A program made the translations under genes and the position numbers. From Tricharina praecox (lineage: Eukaryota): 64,000 nt of DNA. The notes under the pieces are model-generated. The model had not been told where the DNA came from. It did not search any database and worked only from the letters and a program-made list of their open reading frames with translations. The first letter of the stretch is position 1. Each line of letters opens with the position of its first letter. The stretch is taken from contig NW_026250432.1 in the NCBI RefSeq assembly GCF_024521635.1, positions 124,001-188,000 of the forward strand, read 5' to 3'. Shown here one piece after another: positions 1-13,344 of this stretch.

Positions 1-867
1 GACCACGATGAAGCGATCGTCGGGCTTGTGGACTTTTGAGAACGCATTCAAGAAAGTATCGGTAAGGCCGTCGAACACGCCTCCTCCGCTGTCCGGGGCT
101 TGTCCGGTGTTGCCGCGCGTTGGGCGCAACCGCATATGTGCATTCCAGTCGGGAGATTCGAGGAAGACGGTCAGTATTGGGGTCCGTCGGAGCGACGGGT
201 GGAGGGTTAATCGCTTCAGGAAACGGTGGAGGGAATGGGCCCGGCGCTGCGTAAAATCGGGTCCGAAACGGTCACCGCGGACGTACTCTACCCCAGAAAC
301 GCATTAGGACACAAACACCCCCCTCACACACGCCCGAGATATGAAGACACACCCATCTTATGCTTCTCCGGTAATGGCGGCACCGCACAAGCCGGAAACT
401 CTCGCGAAAGCGTCTTCCACAGGTATACAAAGTCGGTGAACCGTCGCCTTACATCAACATGCGGTTTTTGGAACGTCGGAAAATCGGTCTGCGTGGCCGC
501 ACCATATGAGCTTCCCAAAATATGCGCACAACCATGAAACACCACACACGGGCAGATATACCTTGGTTGTGACACGATACGACACGTAGGCATCCTTAGT
601 ACCTTCACCCTCGGTCTGAGGGTCGGAAACAAATGTCTCCAGGACTCCGCGGCCGACGCCGGCAAGATCGAGGGCATCTGCGTTCGGACCCGCCTGCAGT
701 CCCGGCGAGAGTTGCTGATGGTGTTGGTGTTCTGTGGAGCTTGAACTACTGCCGCCGTTTGCTCCTCCAACCGGGCTCTTGACGGAAGATGAGGCGTGGT
801 GTGCGAAATCATCTACCGAATCCTCGTCGTCGTCGCGCCACTGAACTGAATCGAAGTTGTCCTCCAT
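1..867 (-). CDS. SNX4: Sorting nexin-4 / Atg24 (PX-BAR), 5' part; runs off the window start
   Basis: Spliced translation MEDNFDSVQW...LETFVSDPQTEGEGTKDAYVSYRVTTK|TDFPTFQKPHVDVRRRFTDFVYLWKTLSREFPACAVPPLPEKHKM|EYVRGDRFGPDFTQRRAHSLHRFLKRL is a PX domain of the Snx4 type. GT-AG intron at 489-561 and a second one near 290-351. Confidence 0.92.
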
Positions 868-1275
868 TCTTAGCGCGGATGTCGTTCAGGAGCTATGGCG
901 GGGTATGAGGAGTGCTGTAAGTTGACAGGACGGGCGGTGGAGTGATACAGGCTGCAAAGAGAAGCAATGGGAAGCTCGCCTGTAGCTCGATGAATCGGGA
1001 TGAGGTGATGCAAGTCGTGAATTTGCGATGAGCAATGTGGGGTTGGAGTTCCTGGATGTATGGGTCTGGGGAGGTGTGGGAGAGCAGCAAGGTGCAGATG
1101 ATGTAACTAAGTAGTTGACTTGGCATTGTGCGCATCTTCTCACTCGACTCTCGAGTCTCTCCTGGCTATCTATAGAATCGCATAAAACTTTCAAGCACTC
1201 ACGCTATCAATGATTAAACAAAACAAAAACCTTTCTATGGCACCGACTCTTGAGGTGACAATGCCAATTACACAC

Positions 1276-2171
1276 TCAGAGATTTCCCTTCTCGACCTGC
1301 GCCGCCACCTTATCTGGCTCCAGCTCGGGATCCGGCTTCTTCTTGACAATTTCCTTCATCTCTCCCTTCTTCTCCATCTCCCTCATAGCCTCTTCAAAGC
1401 CCAGCTCCTGATCGAATGGAAACTCCGGATCTCTCCCATACGCAACCCTAGCAACATCGACCAATATCCTCGCCGTCATGCCCCAAATCCTATGTCTTTT
1501 AAGAGTGCTCCCCTCCCACACCGGGGCGTTGAACTCATGGATCGTCCACGGCCGATGCACCCACATCGTCTTCCCGCCGCGATACCACGTCTCCTCCGCG
1601 GCGCCGCCGGGAATAGGATACGCGCGCTTCAGAAACGGCTCCAGCTTGACAGTAAACAGGCTCGCGACCTCGGTCTCCTGTAGCCGGGGGATTAGCGAGT
1701 CCTCCACATCGCCCTTCCCGCCGTCGAGGTAAGCCACACACGGCCTGACCGCCAGTCCCGTCCGCGCGAGGGAACACGGCAGCTCGCACAAATGCTCGAC
1801 ATCAAACGGCTTCGGCAGTCCGCCCTGCGAGTCCAGCGGCAGCCCGATCTCCTCCCACGCCTCGCGGCGCGCAGTCTGCGCTGCCGTCTCGGACAGGAAG
1901 TCGGCTTTTCCGCCCGGCAGCGCGACTTGGCCCGCGAACGTGCGTAGGTGCACCGACCGCACCGTCAGCACTACTCGCAGGTCGCCGCGCCGGTCAGAGA
2001 ATAGCAGGACTAGGACCGCTGCGCGCCGCGTCAGTGGCAGTGAGGTGTATATCGATGCCGGAGGGAGGTAGGCGCGGAGCCGCGCAAGGGCTTGCTGGGT
2101 TCCCGGGTCAGTGGAGGTCGAGCGAGGGGGGGAGGTAAGCTCACTGTGGATACGGGCGACACGGGCGACAT
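1276..2171 (-). CDS. PCD1: Nudix hydrolase, CoA diphosphatase family (PCD1/NUDT7-like), 2 exons
   Basis: CoA motif LTVRSVHLRTFAGQVALPGG followed by Nudix box GKAD...ARREAWEEIGL, plus IWGMTA. Short first exon MSPVSPVST (ATG 2171), then a GTGAGC...CTGAC...CAG intron at about 2096-2144. Confidence 0.9.
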
Positions 2172-3540
2172 CTGAGGTGTCGTTGGCTTGCTTGCTAGGT
2201 GTTGTGGGAATGTGGGGAGAGCTTGTCTATCCCCTCCCGCTGCTTAGCCGACCTGCAGGGTTCATGATACCGCGGCTTCAACGGGGACGAAGATCCTCAA
2301 GCTGCTGATGGCAGACAAACGAGTGGTTCTCTGGGTAGGTATCGTTTATACCAGTCAAAAGCCGCTTTATGGGGAATCCTACAATAATGGAGGTAGACCC
2401 GCCTTATGTACCAATCGCAGGAGTCTGAGCCTGACAACCGCCCAGTTCTCGAAGCCCACAAGCAGAGTGCCGGTACTTTACACCTCCCAGCTCCCCAGTC
2501 CCCTCTGCTCTGTCTTCCTAACGCTGTGTCATATCCTACTTCATCGGAGACCGTGTGAGTGTGTGACTGTGTGGGCCTTCTGCTCAGAGATATGTAGACT
2601 TTTCGGCGTGAAGGAAGTGGAAATACTCGTCGTTGTCGTCGTGGAATCAGCCACCACCTCCACCCCCGCATCCCCCATACGGCACAACCCGAACCCTCCA
2701 TCTATCTAGAGCACCTACGCTTCCGCATGCGTGCCCCGACTGTCTACACCAATGCATCAAAGCTACCGTATTATTTTATGTTTAATCATCATTGCATTCA
2801 ACCTTACTATATCACGGCAGTCTGCAGATAAAATATTCTGTACACTAGTAAGCTAACTACCACACAAACTTGCTGCGCCACATCTGCGTTGCAGACGAGT
2901 GAGTTCAATCACCGTAAACAAGCCCGGGAGCATACATGCATTACGGCGAGACCCATATGTGGGAGGTGGCTATATATGTGCAGCCGCCGCTCTAGTACTA
3001 CAGTGGCCGAGTACAAGGCGAGCAGAAGAACTGCAGCACTCAATATCAATCACAAAAGCTCACTCGTGCTTGAATTCGAACTTAACGAGCGCGTTATTTT
3101 TGCGCTCCATGATGGCAGGAAAGATCGAATTTGTGGTCGCCATAGTCTAGGAATAAATGTTATTCTCTCTCTCTTTATTCTCCACGCATTTGCTGTTTCA
3201 CGTTTGATTGGCGGAATGGGAATATCCACACATCCCGAGAAATGTTGCACTTTCGACCGTTTCTCGGGATGAAATTCAGGAACTGCCTACCTTAGTTACG
3301 TGTGGTTTACATACCCAGGCCTTTCATTGGAGGAAACATCAGCCCGAGATCGGAGGCCATGATGCATATTCCTCGCGGCACTACGTATGCAAAACTGTCG
3401 TAGGTATCTTCAATTCCGTATAATATTCGTATTTGCATGATTATGATCCACTAGTTTCCACTTCCACACATGCCTAAGCCCATCTCGCCATACCAACATA
3501 TGGCGTCCCCGATGATCCTCCATTGGCCATTCGTAAAGCC

Positions 3541-4391
3541 TCAGGTACACCCATGCCCGTCCCCTCCCGAGCTCCTACTAACATATCCTCGTCAGCTTTC
3601 GTTCTCATGGCACACATCCCACGTCCAAGGCGGCAAACAACTTACTTACCCAACAGTATCCCATCCAAACACCGCATTCCCCACGAAGGCCCCCAGGAGT
3701 ATCGAGAAGATGATGTAGCCTGTATTGCATTGCCGTTAGCCCGTCGTTGATCCAGCTAGGAAGGGGGGAGATATACCATTGTAGTACATAGCCAACAACA
3801 TGATGAAATATCTGCACCCACCGCATCAGTTCCTTCCCCTTCACAATACTCGCAGCCTGCAGGACCTTACCCCGCGCCAAAAAGCGCCGTATAGATCGCC
3901 GTCCTCCCCGCCTGCTGCAGCAGCGTGGGCGTAACCTTCGTCCCCTTTGCCATCCCCACCATCGTTCCCATCCCCATCCCCGTCCCCATCCCCGTCCCCG
4001 TCTCCGTCCCTTTCTTCCCCTCGATCCCCTCCTCGTTCCCCCGCTGCCGCACATGCCGCCGCACAATCCAGCGATCCCATTCTCTTCCTCCCCTGCGTAG
4101 CCCCTCGATGAGTACCACGAGGAGGAATACGCCCACGCAGCTGCCCGCGAACTGTGAGTGGCTGCGGATGTGCCATGATGACGATAGAAAGCAGGAGTTG
4201 AGCGTGCTCCAGTTCCAGAGCATCTGCGTCGTCAGCGGTGCGAAGACGGGGGGGGAGGGGGAGGTGGACTGCTGGAGACGGACCTGCATTTGGCATGCTG
4301 CTGCTGCTTCGGCGCTGAAGGCAGAGGAGGAGGCGGCGGCGGCAGCGCTGGTGGTGGTGGTTGCGGAGCCCATGTGCATAGAGTGGTCCAT
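3541..4391 (-). CDS. Ctr-family high-affinity copper transporter, 5 exons
   Basis: Met/His N-terminus MDHSMHM, CQMQ|MLWNW...CFLSSSWHI, TM2 MxxxM motif (YFIMLLAMYYNG), TM3 GxxxG (GAFVG). Four GT-AG introns; last exon gives ...GDGHGCT* with TGA at 3541-3543. Confidence 0.92.
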
Positions 4392-4409
4392 CTTGGATTT
4401 TCTGGCTTG

Positions 4410-4410
4410 C

Positions 4411-4497
<87 letters not shown>
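4410..4497. repeat. Perfect (CTGT/ACAG)n tetranucleotide microsatellite, about 22 units
   Basis: Directly visible, ending 19 nt upstream of the Ctr start codon. Confidence 0.98.
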
Positions 4498-5096
4498 ATT
4501 TCTGTTGGTGAAATCGTTCTGCTGGCTCGAAAACGGATACAGGCTCGTCGGCGGATGAAAGCTATCGAGTCAAGTCAAGTCAAAGGGAGTGGAGGGGAGA
4601 AGCCATCTCTTTTAACAACCAAATGACATCCCCCTCCCCCTCCCATCCCTCTATGCCAGACTCCAGCCAAAAACTACCGCAGCCTGACACATCACCCCCC
4701 GTCAGTGCAAGCAACTTCCCGTCCCTCCCACTCGGCGAACATTTAGCGGGAAGCTACATAGGAGTCCAGTTCAGTTCAGCTGGAGGGATTAACGTGCTCA
4801 TACCCGCTCACGCTCACTCGGATTGCAACGGCTAACGGCATTAACGGCCTGCGCCCGTTTTTTCGGGATGGAAATTGGCGCACGCACATAATAGGTACAT
4901 ACCAAGGGCTGAAGGGAGGGAGAATGAGGGAGTTCGCGGAGATGGATGGATGACGGAACTCAAAAGCGAACGGGATAGATACATGCGGAGAAATGTGTTT
5001 AGTCCGCCCGCCTGCTCGTAGATGACGATGGAAAAGAATGCGGGCAGGCTAAAGAAAAAAAGGTGATCGGACGAGATGCAAAAGCAAAACAACAAG

Positions 5097-5182
5097 TTCC
5101 GTTACGGGGAATTGAACCCCGGTCTGGCCGGTTGAATGCTCTGCTTGAGAGCGGCCGATGCTAGCCACTACACCATAACGGA
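5097..5182 (-). tRNA. tRNA-Glu(CTC) with 14-nt intron (5132-5145)
   Basis: Minus strand TCCGTTATGGTGTAGTGGCTAGCATCGGCCGCT-CTC-A[AGCAGAGCATTCAA]CCGGCCAGACCGGGGTTCAATTCCCCGTAACGGAA: acceptor stem TCCGTTA/TAACGGA, A and B boxes, intron one base 3' of the anticodon, T-runs downstream. Confidence 0.96.
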
Positions 5183-8100
5183 TGTTGATGTCATAGGCTG
5201 ACTAAATACATCTATATTCTATATTTCGCTGGAGGGCTCTGCGGGGTGGTGACTCGCTAACAGAACGAAGTGGGGTGAAATATTCCGTAGTACTACAGTA
5301 TTCAAATACACGTATCGTTGCTCCGTCGTGAACGCAAAGTGTTTTAGTCTCATCATTCAGCAAGTATCAAGTACCTATTTGACAGTGTCCAGTCATGATA
5401 GATGGAAGTTCTTATGATACCTATGTATGCACACACGTCCGTTTCCTAACCCCACCATCCGCCAACGAATGATTCCTACCGCTACCATACCTAAAAGATC
5501 CAGCTCTGCTCTCGAGTCTCACCGACGATCACCCTCGCCTACATACTTTCCTATAATTTCCCATACTTCCCCATACTGATCTACGAAGAGACGATAAGAC
5601 AGCACAGCTGTGGGTTTATTCATACCACACCATATATCAATATCGACAACTCCCACCAGCTCACCCAGCCAAGCATGTCCAGACTCCAGAAGTGAGCGGC
5701 AGTGGTCACGGCTATAGCGGGCAACTACCTACCTGGTGCGGTATCGCGGAAACAGCCGCGATCCCCTAGGTGCCGTACCGTGCAGTTTTTGGCGGAGTGG
5801 CCTGTCGACTGGTACTTACTTACACCGGAGTAAGAATGAATTCCACATGTTCCTTCTTCTTCCGGGAACCATCGGTATCTATGGTGTGCAAGCAGAGTCA
5901 TGGATGACCAGCCGAAGTTCGAACCTGAGGGTGTTGGCTCCGTGGATCTTTCTCAAGAAACAGTATACCTGATGTCGACGCGGTCACAGTGAACCTCACA
6001 CTTGAAAAAGTAACCTTTCCCCTGGTGTATATGTACATACCAGAATCATATCTACGAAGCGGGAGTCGACAGGATATCTGAACGCAAAATGGCACGAAGG
6101 CAGCCATAGTCCTGCCATCGAAATCAATGGCAAAGTGGATAACACTACCTATTGGGGGGTTGCCTTTGCATCTGCAGGCCTCGGTGTCCGTTACTGTTAC
6201 TACTATATAGCGAGCCGAATATCAATCCGGCTTCCCGGCTTCCCGAGCCTGCTGTTCCCGACTTCCCGACTTCCAGTTCCCCAAATCCCGAATCCCGATA
6301 CTCGGAGCGAAGCTTTGATCATCGTTCTTGTTTCCCTCCTCCCTCGAGGTTTCCGGTGCCGGCGTTCCGCCAGACTCTTTCAAGTTTCAAGACGAGGCAG
6401 GCCGGACCACAGGGACGGGGACAGTCCGATTTTTTCAATACCTATTACACGTGATACCTACCTGCCGATAGATTTCCAGTTTGTGGGGAGGTAACCTGTA
6501 GGCATAGTGCTGAATTGTAGAAAACCTGGGTAACCTAGGTACATGGTGGTGAATTGTAGAATATATACCTCTAGATATATTAGGTAGGTATTATTGGCTT
6601 TCCAGCCCCGGTATCGAATACCTATGGCCAGTAGATGTTCTGTTCCTGACTCTCTGCCGGTGCAGCCGGTGTCTCGTACGGATACGAGTTACTCGGTCCT
6701 CTTATATGTATAGCAGTAAAGAAGCCATGCTTTCCGGTAACTATGCGCCTCTGTCGCGGTGGTTCGTCTTTATGTAGTAGCTAGAGATGACCTGCGTACT
6801 ATCATAGGCCTCCCCCGCCTCCCGAACCATGAATAATAGTAGCGAGTGCGAGGTCAATCCGGTCAGTCATGTGCGTGTACATATGTCTCGCACATAATCA
6901 GAGGGCCTTCTTCGTGTACTAGGTACTATTCCATAATGGAGTCACATGCCATGTCCGACCATTCGTCGGATATCCACACCCTGAGCGGACCAGCTGCTCA
7001 TACCGTAGATACCGAACTAACTGGTATCGCAGAGGCCGTGCGAAGTGTGGAGTAGATACGATAGGTAGTAGGTAGCTCGTTGGCTCGCGAATGGGTTTAT
7101 CTTTTCGGCTGCGCAGTGTCAGTGTCAATGGAAGCACTCGCAACAAGCACTCGCGACCAAACCCCAGCGACAACGTCCGTCCAAAGTTCACAGCACGGTC
7201 CCTAACGAAGCTATCACCATCACCATCCTCCTCCTCCTCCTCCTCCTCATCATCGCCAGCCTCACGTCCATGCCCGTCGCAGCGCCCGTCACAGCGCCGA
7301 ACCATCCAGCCCCATCCCCAACCCCCCCGCCCTCGGTTGGATCCGACGACATCACGGTCCGAACGCGATCCATCATCCATGAGTCCGTCCGTTGTGGTCG
7401 TGGTCTCGTCGTGGTCTCGTCGTGGTCTTGTCGCGGTCGGACTTGGATGTGACTATGATGACTATGATGTAACTACTCTAGAGTAGACAGACCGGGCTTG
7501 GTGGTGGTGGCTGGCATGGTGTCGACGATGGCCTGTGCGGACTTGCGGCCTTGCTCCGTCGTTGTTGTCGGCGTCGGCGAGCGCGGAAGAGCACGAAAGA
7601 GCATGAAGAGAAAGAGCATGAAGAGAAAGAGCAACAACGAGGGAGAGATCTTCACGGCGGAAAAAACATCCTACACATCACATCTACACAATAGAACACC
7701 GCATGCCTATTCCGACCATTCCGCTCGATACATGGAGTCTCCCTCCACCTGTGTACGGTAGTCACAGGAGAGTAGAGTTTCCGCAGCCGAGGAAGTGTTT
7801 GGGCTAGCGCGCACACACAAACACCCCCAACACCCCTCGTTCGTGCATCTGCCATCGCCGCTAACTACTCTAGCTACTCTACCCTAGCTACTCTACCCCA
7901 CCGCCCCAGAGTCGTCCGATTCATTCCCAAAGCGTCCTCGCGGCGTTCGAGCGGCGGTCGGCGGGATGATCGCTGTGCTCGCTGCGCTCGGCTCGGATGA
8001 AGGATAGAGGGGAGCGTCGCTGAGGAGGGAGGAGTGAGCGTGAGCGTGAGCGTTTGTAGAATTTGCATGGGGATATGGAGATGACATGCCGTACGGCGTA

Positions 8101-9448
8101 GAGTACCTGGGCATGTAGAGTAGCGAGGATAGAGTGTTGTGCGGATCCAGCGCTGGGGGGTTTCCGCAGTCCGCACTGCATCCGGCCGGCGAGCAGGCGG
8201 GCATGTCAGGATCCCATGTACCGGCCTGCACTTCTTCCCCCTCTGTCGTAGTTATCATAGCACTCTACCCAGAGTTGATATGGAGTGCCCGTAGTGTAGC
8301 TATCCCCTCTCGGCCGCAAGGATGGGCCGGCCTGTATCCCGTGCAAGCCTCCCTTCTGTGTTCTGCCCTCACGTACTCCATGTATCTATACGGCGGAACA
8401 CGAAGCGACAACCTCCGCCACATCCGAGCAGCGCAGCGACAGCTGTGAGGTTTACTTTAATCTAACCTTCCCACACACAGAGCACCACCGCATATCCAGC
8501 CACCCCTGCGTGCAGAGGTTCTCGTATGAAGAATTGAACGGAGTAGAGTACGGTAGAGTGGTTATTCAGAAGTATGCGGAATTGTATGCAGAGTGTCATG
8601 GCAGTTAGTCCGTACTTAGCCGGCAGACTCTGTACCTGCATCCTCGCCATGCATACCCATCCGCGCGATGCCGTCTCGTCTCGTCTCGTCTGGTCTGGTG
8701 GAGTTCCTCTGTCCTCGTTGGTGGTTGCGCGTGACTAAAATTAGTGGCTGGGGAGGGATCGGGGGGAGGTGGAGCGTTTACTCGGGTAGGGGCACGCAGG
8801 AGAAGGACGATCTTCACGTTAGACATGCCCGCAGTGCGAGCGATGGTGGTGGTGCTGGTGGGCATCTCCCCACACAACCCAACGGTGGTAACCTGACTCG
8901 GTAATACACATCGACCACCAACTAACACACCCGCTGCAGCTTGTGTCTGAGGAGGAGGAGGATGAGGAGGAGGAGGATGAGGACGGGGTGGACTGTGGAG
9001 AAGTAGATACTCTAAGCGCATCGGAAGAGGGCCCCCAAGGGGAGGGAAATTGGATGGAGGCAAATTGGGGGGGAAGGGGGGTGGTGAATAATGAACTACT
9101 TCTTGCAGCAACCAACCGGATTCTCACTCCCCCTTGGCATTATGTACTCTCGTCTACTACCCAAGTTGGCCTTGGTGCACTTGTTTGTTGTGATGTTGTG
9201 TGAGGCAGGAGGCCGTCTTGTCGAAAAGTGCTAGCCCCTTCCCTCGCCGTCCCCTTCCCTCGCCGTCCCCTTCCTCAAAACTCGATCGAATCCCCCTTCC
9301 TTCACTCATTCCCTTCCCACCTGCATCCCGCTCACAGTCGTTCACTACCCACATCCTCCCTACCTACCGTAACCTACTCCGTTAATCAACCCCATCCATA
9401 CACTCGTTACTCTTTCCCTCACCACCCCCAACAACCCTCACATTCAAA

Positions 9449-10087
9449 ATGAAGTTCACCAGCACCCTCATCACCTTCGGCCTGATCGCCTTCGCCGCCG
9501 CGCAGACCACGACCTCGTCCGCCGCCGCTTCCCAGATCACCCAATCCGAGCAGCAGAAATGCGTAACCTCGTGCGACGGCAACCTGACCTGTACCGCGGA
9601 GTGCCTTGGCAACCCAGCGTTCGTCTCCCCGACCCCCCCGGTCCTCCCCCCTCTGTTATACCTCCACCAGCTAACACAATCCAGCCCTACTGAGGACATG
9701 GTCAACGCGACCACGCAGTGCGCCATGAAGTGCGAGCAGGGCGATGGCACCGAGACGCAGACCAAGAAGTACGCGGACTGCCAGCAGAAGTGCATTTCGG
9801 ACAACTTCTTCGTGAACCCGTCCGGGGCCTCTGGTGCCGCCTCGCGCGCCTCCGCATCCGCCACGTTCGTCTCCCTCCCCCCTCATGCATATAAAAAACC
9901 ATACTAACGTTTAAAAAAAAACAGCGGTGTCATCGGCGCCTCAGGAACCGGCACCCGCTCTTCACCCACGGCCTCCGGCTCCGCGGCCGACGCAAGCGGC
10001 AGCTCCGCACCCAATGCCGCCGGCCACCTCGCTGTCAGTGGTGCGGCTGGTGTCATCGCGCTGATTGTCGCTGCGGTCGCTTTGTAA
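9449..10087 (+). CDS. Small GPI-anchored Cys-containing, Ser/Ala-rich cell-surface protein, 3 exons
   Basis: Signal peptide MKFTSTLITFGLIAFAAA, two CxxxC...CxxxC modules, Ser/Gly/Ala stalk, omega-like NAA and hydrophobic tail GVIALIVAAVAL*. Introns 9619-9684 and 9865-9924. Confidence 0.88.
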
Positions 10088-10843
10088 ATGTCCTGGTCCT
10101 CTCACAGTGTAATGCTTGGGTCGGGGTCTGGGTGGTAATGCTGGGTCTGGCTGGGTCGGGGTTTAATGATCGGATCGGATCGGATGATGGATGGGTAATG
10201 GAATGGAATCGGAATGGAATTGGTGGGGTGCTTGGGTGTCTTTTTTTTCTCTTTCCTTTCCTCTTTCCCACTTCGATTGGGATTGGAGCGGTGCGGAGCG
10301 GAGCGGATAGGTTGCAGGCGAAAGTGGGCGTGGGCGTTGCATGTGATTGCTAAAAACAATACATGCAATACCCGAAGCGAAACGAAACGGTGGTGTTTTT
10401 GCAGTGTACCACACCAATACATTACCTACTCTATACTCTACTCGTCCATTGTGCTGGTGAATTGTGCTGGTCATTCGTGAACACTGAATACTGAGCGCAG
10501 ATGCCTCGGGAGTCGGATCGGCACTGTGCAGTGATGTGATGTGATGTGATGATTCGGAAACAATATGTCTCCTGCTCGCGTGCTCGCGTGCTCTCATCGT
10601 GGACTGACGACTGACTGAGTGACTTGAGTGAGTGAATGAGTCGAGCGGCCATGTTGTCAACCCGGCGAACGAAAGAAACGTCTGACACCACCCACCAAAA
10701 TCACGGAGGATCTACACGAACCCTTCCCTGTTCGCATCCGGTGGATCCGTAGGTAAAGTGCCTACTCATCCTCATCGGCAAGCACTCGCTATGGGTAGTC
10801 GGTAGAGTAAAATCACTCTGTGTCACCCGACTACAGACCACTC

Positions 10844-11195
10844 GCATGCGAAAATAAACTGAAGATCTCTCACTCACCCACTCATGACACGTGCAGGCGT
10901 GCAGAACACCAAAAGCTGGCGATATGTAGAGTATGTAGGCTGCATGAGAAATAAAACTGAAGATTGATCTCTCTCTCTCACTCACTCATTACATGTGCGT
11001 ACAGAACACTAAAAGCTGGCGATACTAGGTAGTATGTAGGCTGCATGCGAAAAATAAACTAAAGATCTCTCTCTCTCTGAAGATCTCTCTCTTACATAGC
11101 AGACCACTCACTCACTCACTCACTCACTCACTCATTACACGTGCAGGCGTGCAGAACACTAAACACTAAAAAGCCGGCCCATATGAGATTGTATG
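10844..11195. repeat. Three degenerate tandem copies of a ~100-bp non-coding unit
   Basis: Units start at 10844, 10942 and 11043: GCATGMGAAAATAAACTGAAGATCTCT...(CTCA)n...CACGTGCAGGCGTGCAGAACACYAAAAGCTGGCGATA...GTATG. Confidence 0.9.
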
Positions 11196-11496
11196 ACCGT
11201 ATTTAGCTAGCAGCAGTATGTGACTCAGAACTCAGAACTCAAAAAGAAGGCCTCCCCAAAAGAAGAACAAAGCCCGTCATGTAAGGTAAACTCAATCGAC
11301 AACTATCCCCACCCAAGGCTCCCCCCCACCTCCCACCCCCCACACCCCCACCCTTCGCCTTCGCCATCGCCATCACCACTCCGAGGAGGGAGCAAAGAAA
11401 GAAAGAAACGAAATCAACACGCAGAAAAAGAAAAAGAAATCTTGAGGGTGGATGATGCGGGAGGAGGGAGGAGGAAGCACGACTCCAGCTGATCCC

Positions 11497-13344
<1,848 letters not shown>

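Noticed and set aside
3925..4626. 233-aa plus-strand ORF with (CLSV)n repeats
   Set aside because: Antisense to the Ctr gene and produced by the (CTGT)n microsatellite.
6082..6097. 16-bp identity with about 33749 (ACGCAAAATGGCACGA) and 19-bp identity between 1210 and 15307 (ATGATTAAACAAAACAAAA)
   Set aside because: About one 16-mer match is expected by chance in 64 kb; the 19-mer is low complexity and the flanks do not align.
7473..7655. Small secreted protein with signal peptide
   Set aside because: GTG start just after a stop; hydrophobicity comes from a 15-bp tandem repeat.
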